A stretch of 64,000 bases of DNA. Source: an uncultured bacterium. GTDB lineage: Bacteria; Methylomirabilota; Methylomirabilia; Methylomirabilales; 2-02-FULL-66-22. The notes beneath the pieces were generated by a model. The model was given only the letters and a program-made list of their open reading frames with translations, was not told the origin of the DNA and did no database searches. The stretch covers positions 243-64,242 of the forward strand of contig CAZNWB010000001.1 in NCBI GenBank assembly GCA_964576535.1. Direction: 5' to 3'. How positions within the stretch are numbered: the stretch's first letter is position 1; each line of letters begins with the position of its first letter. A program made the translations under genes and the position numbers. Positions 57,649 to 64,000 of the stretch are shown one piece after another.

Positions 57649-57663
57649 GGGGTTTCCCCGGGC

Positions 57664-57698
57664 AAAGAAAAAGCCCCCTCTCGATCCTGAGAAGGGGC
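57664..57698 (-). terminator. intrinsic terminator (expression platform of the SAM-I riboswitch)
   Basis: In the minus-strand RNA, GCCCCUUCUC-AGGAUC-GAGAGGGGGC forms a 10-bp stem with one G-U pair. It is followed by UUUUUCUUU and lies 16 nt upstream of the NIL start codon. Confidence 0.8.
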
Positions 57699-57724
57699 TC
57701 ACGAAAATTCCCGTCAGCCGCCTT

Positions 57725-57824
57725 CTCATCTTTCCCCGCCGAAGGCGGGGCAGGAGTTGGCACCCCGCGTCTCGCGGGGTTGCCGTGGCTTCGTAGGGCC
57801 AGTCCCTCAGCCACTCGGGATGAG
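57725..57824 (-). promoter_or_regulatory. SAM-I (S-box) riboswitch aptamer
   Basis: The minus strand reads CUCAUCCCGAGUGGCUGAGGGACUGGCCCUACGAAGCCACGGCAACC[CCGCGAGACGCGG]GGUGCCAACUCCUGC[CCCGCCUUCGGCGGGG]AAAGAUGAG. It matches the S-box consensus block by block: CUUAUCAAGAG-GG-GGAGGGACUGGCCC-AUGAA-CC-GGCAACC...GGUGC-AA-UCC-GC...AAAGAUAAG. Confidence 0.9.
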
Positions 57825-57839
57825 TCAGCGTTGCGGCGG

Positions 57840-57868
57840 ATTTAAGCAGAGCCAGGTAGTGGTGTCAA
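57840..57868 (-). promoter_or_regulatory. candidate sigma70-type promoter driving the riboswitch leader
   Basis: On the minus strand: TTGACA (57868-57863), a 17-nt spacer, then TTAAAT (57845-57840). The aptamer P1 starts about 15 nt downstream. Confidence 0.6.
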
Positions 57869-57879
57869 GCAAAAAGACG

Positions 57880-58122
57880 CTATCCCGCCACCACGTCCTG
57901 CTCGATGGGGGCGACGATCACGCCCCGCTCCTCCAGCCAGTGAAGGGCATCCGCCAGTTTCCGGTTCTCTCCCTCCAGTTCGAGCATGATCCAGCCGATT
58001 CCCTCCTCCAGGTCGGCCTGGCGGATGTTGAAGACCAGGTCGAATTGCTGGCTCATCGTCCAGATGGCTGGTTCGTCCGCCAGTTGCCCCTGGAAGGTCA
58101 GGTGTACCCGTCGCTTGCCCAT
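57880..58122 (-). CDS. free-standing NIL-domain protein (about 80 aa), last gene of the upstream cysteine module
   Basis: MGKRRVHLTFQGQLADEPAIWTMSQQFDLVFNIRQADLEEGIGWIMLELEGENRKLADALHWLEERGVIV follows the NIL pattern. The start is an ATG at 58122, and the track start is a GTG at 58134. Confidence 0.65.
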   Translation of the reverse strand: MGKRRVHLTFQGQLADEPAIWTMSQQFDLVFNIRQADLEEGIGWIMLELEGENRKLADALHWLEERGVIVAPIEQDVVAG

Positions 58123-58283
58123 GAACCGCCCCACTCAGTGCTTGATTTCATAAACCCGTGACCGCCTCAACCATACCCCAAGAATGTCGCAGACGTAAAG
58201 CCCCTTCTGCTTTCCGGGACCCGGTGAAACTCGAAGGGGAGGCAACCTGAGGCAGGCTGAGGCGGCGATCTGGGGACGATCCG

Positions 58284-58808
58284 TCAGGCCGCCGGCAGGC
58301 TGGCCGGAACCTCGGCGAAGTCCCCACGGACACCGTCCCAGACGTAGTAACGGGCGTCCACGGCCCGGCCAGTGCGGACGGAAACCACCAGGTAGTTGGC
58401 GCCGGGCCAGAGGGGTTCTGAGTCGGCCCGGAGGGCCCGATCCCGATCCATCAGGGAAAAGTAGGCGTCGTGATCCGGGTGAGAGTGGTAGAAGGTCACG
58501 ACATCCCACCCCGCATCGTCCGCCTCGCGGAGCACGCGCAGCACCTCCCGGTCATCCATCCGGTAGGCGGTCCGCGCATCCCGCTCGAATCCCGCGGGAT
58601 CCCGCTGGCGGTCCTGATTGGCGATGTTGCGCACCTGGCGGACCTGGTAGGTCTCGGGCTTCCCCGGCTTGCCGATGACGATCCCGCAGATCTCCTCCGG
58701 GTATCCCGCCTCGGCCTGCCGGACGATCTCGGCCATCTGGATCGCCTGCAAGGGATAGACGGCCGCCATCCGCTCCCCCGTCGTGGTCATCTCCCTCTCG
58801 GTTCGCAT
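58284..58808 (-). CDS. JAMM/MPN+ metalloprotease (Mec/HcyD-like)
   Basis: The motif ExnHxHx7Sx2D is complete (PEEICGIVIG ... HSHPDHDAYFSLMD). The start could be any of three ATGs (58808, 58790, 58769). Confidence 0.85.
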   Translation of the reverse strand: MRTEREMTTTGERMAAVYPLQAIQMAEIVRQAEAGYPEEICGIVIGKPGKPETYQVRQVRNIANQDRQRDPAGFERDARTAYRMDDREVLRVLREADDAGWDVVTFYHSHPDHDAYFSLMDRDRALRADSEPLWPGANYLVVSVRTGRAVDARYYVWDGVRGDFAEVPASLPAA

Positions 58809-59013
58809 CTTCTCACCCGAGGCCCATCCCGTTGGATTTCGGATTGTGGATCACCCAGGGGGTACCCGATTTCGGATTGGTCAAATTCGAAATTCGAAAT
58901 TGGGGTCAGGTCCCGGTGTCTCGGCTCTGGGCTCTCGGCCCGCATTTATCACACGGGGCCCCGTCCCGACCTCCACCTCCCTCGTCGGCGGCGGTCGGGT
59001 CCCTCCCCGGGGG

Positions 59014-59946
59014 CTACCACCAGATATGACTCTGGACGTTCTCCCCCAGGTTCGGGATCTCCTTGAACCAGACGCCAAGGCTCACGTACTTCCATCCACC
59101 ATCGCAGAGCACGCAGACGATCGTGCCCTTCTCCATCCGGTGGGCCACCCGGATGGCGCAGTGAATGACGGCGCCCGAGGAGATACCGGCGAAGATGGCT
59201 TCCTTCGTGGTCAGATCCTTGGTGGCAGCGAAGGCGCACCGGCTGTCCACGATGATCTTCCCATCCAGCAGGCTAGTATCCAGGATCGGCGGGATGAAGC
59301 CCTCCTCCAGGCTCCGCAGTCCCTGCACCAGATCTCCCGGATGGGGTTCCACGGCCACGACCCGGATCTTGGGATTGTATTCCTTCAGGCGCCGGGCGCA
59401 CCCCATGAGGGTCCCCCCGGTCCCCAGGCCCGCCACCAGCACGTCCACCTCGGGACAGTCGCGGATGATCTCGGCCGCCGTCGTCTCGTAGTGCGCCAGG
59501 GGATTGGCCGGATTCCCGTACTGGTATGGCATGTAGTACCGCGGGTCCGCCGCCAGCTGCTGCGCCAGCTTGATGGAGCCGTTGGTGCCCTGGTTCCCAT
59601 CCGAGTAGACGATCTCCGCGCCGAACAGTTCCAGGAGCTGTCTCCGTTCCACGGTCACGTTGTCCGGCACCACGACTTTGACCTTGTACCCCTTCAGCCG
59701 CGCCACCATGGCCAGCGCGATCCCGGTGTTCCCGCTGGTCGGCTCGAGGATGACCTTGTCCGGCGTGAGGTCGCCGCTCCGCTCGGCCGCCTCGATCATG
59801 TACATGGCGATGCGATCCTTCAGGCTGCCGGTGGGGTTGTTCCCCTCCAGCTTGGCGTAGATCCGGACCGTCGGTTTCGGGCTGATCCGGCGGAGCTCAA
59901 CCAGCGGGGTGTTCCCGATGGCCTCCAGGATGCTGGCCGCTTTCAT
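59014..59946 (-). CDS. cysM: CysM-type cysteine synthase (O-phosphoserine / protein-thiocarboxylate-dependent type)
   Basis: The PLP-lysine context is NPTGSLKDR. The strings [36 protein letters not shown] and YQYGNPANP and the aromatic C-terminal tail (...HIWW) closely resemble my recollection of mycobacterial CysM. Confidence 0.8.
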   Translation of the reverse strand: MKAASILEAIGNTPLVELRRISPKPTVRIYAKLEGNNPTGSLKDRIAMYMIEAAERSGDLTPDKVILEPTSGNTGIALAMVARLKGYKVKVVVPDNVTVERRQLLELFGAEIVYSDGNQGTNGSIKLAQQLAADPRYYMPYQYGNPANPLAHYETTAAEIIRDCPEVDVLVAGLGTGGTLMGCARRLKEYNPKIRVVAVEPHPGDLVQGLRSLEEGFIPPILDTSLLDGKIIVDSRCAFAATKDLTTKEAIFAGISSGAVIHCAIRVAHRMEKGTIVCVLCDGGWKYVSLGVWFKEIPNLGENVQSHIWW

Positions 59947-60053
59947 GGATGCAACTCCACCCTGGAGCTCTTCATGCGCCTGCGGAATATCCGGGGCACC
60001 TCAAGGCAAATTGCCATTCTCTCCCCTTCGACTACGGGACCGGTCACACTCGA

Positions 60054-60143
60054 AGCCGTTCGGTTGTTCGGTGGTTCGTTGGTTCGGTGGTTCCCTTCTG
60101 AGACGAACAACCGAACCACCGAACAGTCGAACCCCCGAACGCC
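60054..60143. repeat. CGAAC/GTTCG-unit palindromic intercistronic element, copy E
   Basis: The sequence is AGCCGTTCGGTTGTTCGGTGGTTCGTTGGTTCGGTGGTTCC-CTTCTGAGAC-GAACAACCGAACCACCGAACAGTCGAACCCCCGAACGCC. It lies between the Ubl-E1 stop and the cysM start. Confidence 0.85.
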
Positions 60144-60149
60144 TTTTCC

Positions 60150-61241
60150 TCAGGTCGGGCGTGCCGACTGTGGGACGCCGCAGAATTCCTGGTAGTCGAT
60201 GAGGTCCGTGATCGTCGGGTGATCCCCGCACACCGGACAGGTGGGATCCCGGCGGATTTTCACCTGCCGGAACTCCATGCCCAAAGCGTCGAAGAACATC
60301 AGGCGGCCCACCAGGGATTCGCCCAGGCCCAGGAGCAGCTTGATCGTCTCGATGCCCTGGATGGAGGCCACGACACCGCACAGGACGCCGAAGACCCCCG
60401 CCTCCTGGCAGCTCGGCACGAGTCCCGGGGGCGGGGGAGCCGGATACAGGCAGCGGTAGCAGCCCTTCCCGGGCACGAACACCGTGACCTGCCCCTCGAA
60501 CTTGAAGATACTTCCGTCCACCATGGGCTTGTTCAGGAAAAAACAGGCGTCATTCGCCAGGTAGCGCGTCGGGAAGTTGTCGCAGCCATTCACGATCACG
60601 TCGTACTCGGCGAAGATCTGCTTCACGTTCTCCGAGGTCAGGGCCTGGTTGTATGGAACCACCTTCACGTCTGGATTGAGGTCGGCGATGGTCTCCACCG
60701 CCGACTGCACCTTGGGCCGCCCGATGTCGTGGACGTGGTGCAGGATCTGCCGCTGCAGGTTGCTGAGATCCACCACGTCGAAATCCACGATGCCCAGGGT
60801 GCCGACCCCGGCCGCCGCCAGGTACAGTGCCGCCGGCGAGCCGAGCCCGCCCGCCCCGATCAGCAGGACCTTGCTGTTCAGGAGCTTTCGCTGGCCCATG
60901 CCCCCGACCTCGGGGAGGATGATGTGCCGGCTGTACCGCCGGATCTGCTCCTCGGTGAAGCTCAGCGCCCCACCCACCATGGCGGGAATCACCGCCACCT
61001 GATCCCCGTCCCGCAGCGGCGTCTGCATGCCTTGCAGGTCGTCCACCGGCTCATCGTTCACGTAGATGTTCAGGTGCCGGTAGATCTTCCCCTCCGAGTC
61101 CAGGATGCGATCCCGCAGCCCCGGAAACCGCCCCTCCAGCGCCCGGACCAGGGCCAGGACATCGTTCTCCTGGACCTCCACCCGCGAGGCATTGTCGGTG
61201 TACTTGCGGTATGGGGTGGGGATATATACGGTCACAGCCAT
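60150..61241 (-). CDS. fusion protein: MoaD/CysO-like ubiquitin-fold domain (res 1-91, ending GG) + MoeB/ThiF-type E1 adenylyltransferase
   Basis: The junction reads ...LNIYVNDEPVDDLQGMQTPLRDGDQVAVIPAMVGG-A-LSFTEEQIRRYSRHIILPEVGGMGQRKLLNSKVLLIGAGGLGSP.... The E1 zinc motifs are CYRC and CPVC. There is no rhodanese domain. The ORF is continuous and has an AAGGAGGAGG RBS. Confidence 0.8.
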   Translation of the reverse strand: MAVTVYIPTPYRKYTDNASRVEVQENDVLALVRALEGRFPGLRDRILDSEGKIYRHLNIYVNDEPVDDLQGMQTPLRDGDQVAVIPAMVGGALSFTEEQIRRYSRHIILPEVGGMGQRKLLNSKVLLIGAGGLGSPAALYLAAAGVGTLGIVDFDVVDLSNLQRQILHHVHDIGRPKVQSAVETIADLNPDVKVVPYNQALTSENVKQIFAEYDVIVNGCDNFPTRYLANDACFFLNKPMVDGSIFKFEGQVTVFVPGKGCYRCLYPAPPPPGLVPSCQEAGVFGVLCGVVASIQGIETIKLLLGLGESLVGRLMFFDALGMEFRQVKIRRDPTCPVCGDHPTITDLIDYQEFCGVPQSARPT

Positions 61242-61495
61242 CGTCCTCCTCCTTGAGCACCCACCAGAGCCATCAGGACAGGAAGCACTCGCAATATTGC
61301 ATCGCCATGATCACCCAGTCCGCCAGAGGCGGACGCTGGGTACCCGGGTCGCCAAGAAACCACTACTTCCTCAAAGAGACCGGCAGGTTGCCAGTGTTCC
61401 GGTGCGCCCGTTTCAGGACTGCTCTTTCTTTCGGCGTCAGCCCTTTCGACCCATGGCGTTCTTGGCGCCTTGGCGGTTGAAATTCCGGACCCGGG

Positions 61496-62440
61496 CTAGA
61501 TCGCCATGCTGAGATAGCGCTCGCCTGTATCGGGCAGCATGGTGACCACCGTCTTCCCCACGCCCAGCCGCTCCGCCACGCGGAGGGCCGCCACCACGTT
61601 GGCCCCCGAGGACACGCCCACCAGCAGGCCCTCCTCCCGCGAGAGGCGCCGGGTCATGGCCAAGGCCTCCTCGTCGCGAACCCCGATGACCTCGTCGTAG
61701 ATCTCCCGGTTCAGGACGCCGGGGACGAAGCTGGCGCCGATCCCCTGGATCGCGTGCGGCCGGAATTTGCCCCCCTGCAAGACCGGCGCGCGCGCCGGCT
61801 CCACCGCCACCACCAGGACGCCCGGCCGCTCGCGCTTGAGCACCTCCCCCACACCGGTGATGGTGCCCCCCGTCCCCACGCCGGCCACGAAGGCGTCCAC
61901 CTGGCCGTCGGTAGCCTTCAGGATCTCCTGGGCGGTCGTCCGGCGGTGGATCTCGGGATTCGCCGGATTCACAAACTGCTGAGGCATGAAGAATCCCGGG
62001 TGTTCCCGCACCAGCTCCTCGGCCGCAAACACGGCGCCGGTCATTCCCTCCACCGCCGGGGTCAGCGCCAGCTCCGCCCCAAACCGCTGGAGGAGCGCGC
62101 GGCGCTCCAGGCTCATATCCTCGGGCATAGTCAGGATCAGGCGGTAGCCCTTGACCGCCGCCACCATGGCCAAGCCGATGCCGGTGTTGCCCGACGTCGG
62201 CTCGACGATCGTATCGCCGGGCTTCAGCCGGCCCTCGCGCTCCGCCTCCTCCACCATGGCGAGGGCGATCCGATCCTTGACGCTCCCCCCAGGGTTGAGT
62301 GACTCAAGCTTCCCGAACACCGCGGCCCACCCCGGCTTCACCAGCCGGCGCAGGCGGACCAACGGGGTGTCCCCGATCAGGTCCAGTGCGCTGGAAACCA
62401 GCCGTGTCACGCAGGCCTCTTCGCGGAATCCGGTCCGCAT
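61496..62440 (-). CDS. cysK: cysteine synthase A-type PLP enzyme
   Basis: The N-terminal region is [10 protein letters not shown]...NPGGSVKDR, and [10 protein letters not shown] is present. The start is an ATG at 62440, or a GTG at 62410. The 389-aa track ORF overlaps the Rrf2 gene and is an extension. Confidence 0.85.
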   Translation of the reverse strand: MRTGFREEACVTRLVSSALDLIGDTPLVRLRRLVKPGWAAVFGKLESLNPGGSVKDRIALAMVEEAEREGRLKPGDTIVEPTSGNTGIGLAMVAAVKGYRLILTMPEDMSLERRALLQRFGAELALTPAVEGMTGAVFAAEELVREHPGFFMPQQFVNPANPEIHRRTTAQEILKATDGQVDAFVAGVGTGGTITGVGEVLKRERPGVLVVAVEPARAPVLQGGKFRPHAIQGIGASFVPGVLNREIYDEVIGVRDEEALAMTRRLSREEGLLVGVSSGANVVAALRVAERLGVGKTVVTMLPDTGERYLSMAI

Positions 62441-62477
62441 CCGTCCGATCGCCCGATCGCCCCGCCATCGGCTGGGG

Positions 62478-62924
62478 TCAGATCTGATACGTGATCCGCT
62501 CCTTGGTTCTGGTCCGGATCCGCTCGCAGATGTCCTGGAGCGTCGTGTGATCCACGATGGCCGAGACCGCATCCCGCACGTCGGCCCAGGTATCGCGCAG
62601 GGTGCAGAAGCTTTCCTGCGAGCAATGCTCCCGCGGGCTCTCCGAGACGCAGAAGATGGGCGCAATGGGTCCGTCCACGGCGCGGAGGATTTGCCCCAGG
62701 GTGATCTCCCGTGGCGGCTTGGCCAGGTAATAGCCGCCCTTGACGCCCCGCTTGCTGGCCAGGAACCCGGCTCGCTTCAGGATGAGGAGGAGCTGCTCCA
62801 GATACCTGGCAGGAAGGGCCTGACGTTGTGCGATGGCCTCGATCGGAACCGGCCCCTCCTCGTACCGCATCGCCAAGTCTTGCAAAGCCCGAGTGGCGTA
62901 GTCGCCTTTTGTCGAGATCCTCAT
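62478..62924 (-). CDS. Rrf2 family transcriptional regulator with three-Cys cluster motif
   Basis: The N-terminus is [14 protein letters not shown] and the wHTH is [30 protein letters not shown]. The Cys motif is [16 protein letters not shown] (Cx8Cx5C). Confidence 0.85.
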   Translation of the reverse strand: MRISTKGDYATRALQDLAMRYEEGPVPIEAIAQRQALPARYLEQLLLILKRAGFLASKRGVKGGYYLAKPPREITLGQILRAVDGPIAPIFCVSESPREHCSQESFCTLRDTWADVRDAVSAIVDHTTLQDICERIRTRTKERITYQI

Positions 62925-63339
62925 AACAGCACCCTCGGCTTAAACCCCAGAATGCCGACCGATTGACTCAAGTTTTATCATGAGGCCTGTCTTCTGTCAA
63001 TCCTGATGGGGGCCTCCGGAGCCTTGGCGTAGGATAAGGTTGTCAGATATTGCCGCAACTACCCGGCACGAGAAGGATCCAGGTGCGCTTGGGATTCGGC
63101 ACGGTGAAGGCCCGCGAACGCGGCTTCCCTTCAGAATCAACGGCTCCCTGGGCGCGCTGGACCTGTTGACCTCCCGCTCCCCATGGGCTGCGATTTGGCC
63201 GCTCGATCCGCTCGCGGGTGGGAAGGATGTCCAGGCTCCCCGTCGCCGTCGCTCCTGTCGACCCCGCGATTGCAACGCGTCCTTTCCGGCCCTATATTGG
63301 AGAGTGCGTATCCCCGAACCGCTGTCCAGGAGGAGACAC

Positions 63340-63867
63340 ATGATCTCTGCCAAGGCTCGGTTGGTTAGCCGCCAGAAGGCCCCCTCCTCCACTCCTCCCC
63401 AGGCCGACCCGAAGCCCCCCAGGGGCGGGGCCATCTGTTCGAAATGCCAAGCCGTCTGGCGCAAAGGCATCTGGTCGCTCGACCCCGCCATCCTGCGCGA
63501 GGTTCGGCGCTGGGGCGCGCCCGCCGCCGTGTTGTGCCCGGCCTGCCGAAGCGCCAGCCAGGGCACGCCCACCGGCATCCTGTACCTCACCGGCTCGTTC
63601 CTCGCACGAAACCGGACCGAGGTCCTGAATCGCCTCCGCAGTGCAGAGCGGGCCGCGACCGCCAAGAACCCCATGGAGCGGGTCATCCGGATCCAGGACG
63701 ACTCCCGCTCCCGCGTCGTGGTGGAGACGACGTCAGAGAAGCTGGCGCGCCGCCTGGGCCGGGCCATCAGCAGGGCCTGTGGCGGCAGCCTGGAGATCCG
63801 CTTCTCCCACGAGGATCGGCTGGTCCGGGTGTACTGGCAGCGGGATGCCGCCGGGTCCGCGGCGTGA
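63340..63867 (+). CDS. conserved hypothetical zinc-ribbon protein
   Basis: The start is an ATG at 63340 behind GGAGGAG. The zinc-ribbon cysteines are CSKC...CPAC. The C-terminal segment VVVETTSEKLARRLGRAISRACGGSLEIRFSHEDRLVRVYWQRD recalls a widespread uncharacterised family that I cannot name with certainty. Confidence 0.45.
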   Translation: MISAKARLVSRQKAPSSTPPQADPKPPRGGAICSKCQAVWRKGIWSLDPAILREVRRWGAPAAVLCPACRSASQGTPTGILYLTGSFLARNRTEVLNRLRSAERAATAKNPMERVIRIQDDSRSRVVVETTSEKLARRLGRAISRACGGSLEIRFSHEDRLVRVYWQRDAAGSAA

Positions 63868-64000
63868 CCGGCGTCCCGCCCACCTTGACTTCGGACCAGC
63901 GCGCGGAATTGCTCGCCACCGCCCGGTGGGCGATTCGCGAGCGTGTCCGGGGTCTTGGGTCCACGGCGGGTCCCTCCCGGGATCCGCAGCTGCAGGCGGA
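63864..64000 (+). CDS. 5' end of an AMMECR1-like gene (partial, runs off the window)
   Basis: The GTG at 63864 overlaps the upstream stop (GTGA). The translation VTGVPPTLTSDQRAELLATARWAIRERVRG resembles AMMECR1 N-termini. The ORF is open to the window end. Confidence 0.4.
   Translation, partial: MTGVPPTLTSDQRAELLATARWAIRERVRGLGSTAGPSRDPQLQA

Noticed and set aside
62997-63339. The minus-strand 256-aa ORF 62997-63767, and the 100-codon N-terminal extension of the plus-strand ORF starting at 63040.
   Set aside because: Neither has recognisable motifs, and each overlaps the other. A strong GGAGGAG RBS precedes the ATG at 63340, which gives a compact zinc-ribbon protein. The rest is best treated as the divergent promoter region shared with the Rrf2 gene.

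Overview
This is a G+C-rich bacterial chromosomal window. Nearly all genes lie on the minus strand, in long co-directional arrays, and I cannot assign a taxon from sequence alone.

Gene content in coordinate order:
- 0.4-5.0 kb: a secreted proteolysis set, made up of a Cys-rich repeat protein, an M16 peptidase pair and an S1C serine protease.
- 5.2-8.1 kb: an orphan LuxR-type response regulator, a DapB-like oxidoreductase and a lipoprotein cytochrome c.
- 8.1-10.7 kb: a three-gene split methionine-synthase-like corrinoid set with no pterin-binding module.
- 10.7-23.1 kb: an uptake and activation array. It holds a PaaK-like ligase, a Liv-type ABC transporter with an embedded acyl-CoA ligase, glutaconate-type CoA-transferase A/B and MeaB.
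- 23.3-25.4 kb: an M24 peptidase, then a RayT/IS200-like transposase bounded by a perfect 25-bp inverted repeat.
- 25.5-41.3 kb: a roughly 16-kb TetR-headed acyl-CoA catabolic operon. It encodes three acyl-CoA dehydrogenases, EtfAB plus a membrane Fe-S oxidoreductase, a hydratase, Hbd, a thiolase, a thiolase-fold protein lacking the nucleophilic Cys paired with DUF35, and a split IcmAB-like B12 mutase.
- 41.5-52.6 kb: GreA-like, GGDEF and CBS proteins, an acyl-CoA synthetase, a fused indolepyruvate:ferredoxin oxidoreductase, an SDR, a cluster-less AbfD/HpaB homologue and a pentapeptide-repeat protein.
- 52.7-55.6 kb: a small, more A+T-rich accessory islet with a decayed BrnT next to an intact BrnA, and HepT/MntA.
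- 55.7-62.9 kb: a ubiquitin-like sulfur-carrier supercluster, the most interesting part of the window. A CysO/CysM/JAMM-type cysteine module, whose carrier is fused to its E1 enzyme, is joined to a homocysteine module gated by a SAM-I riboswitch. That module has a threonine-synthase homologue and a MoaD-like carrier with a post-GG tail. The two modules are flanked by two free-standing NIL-domain proteins.

Many intercistronic gaps are filled by several families of palindromic repeats whose arms are built from short tandem units.

All calls rest on reading the ORF translations and the DNA by eye. No database search was run.
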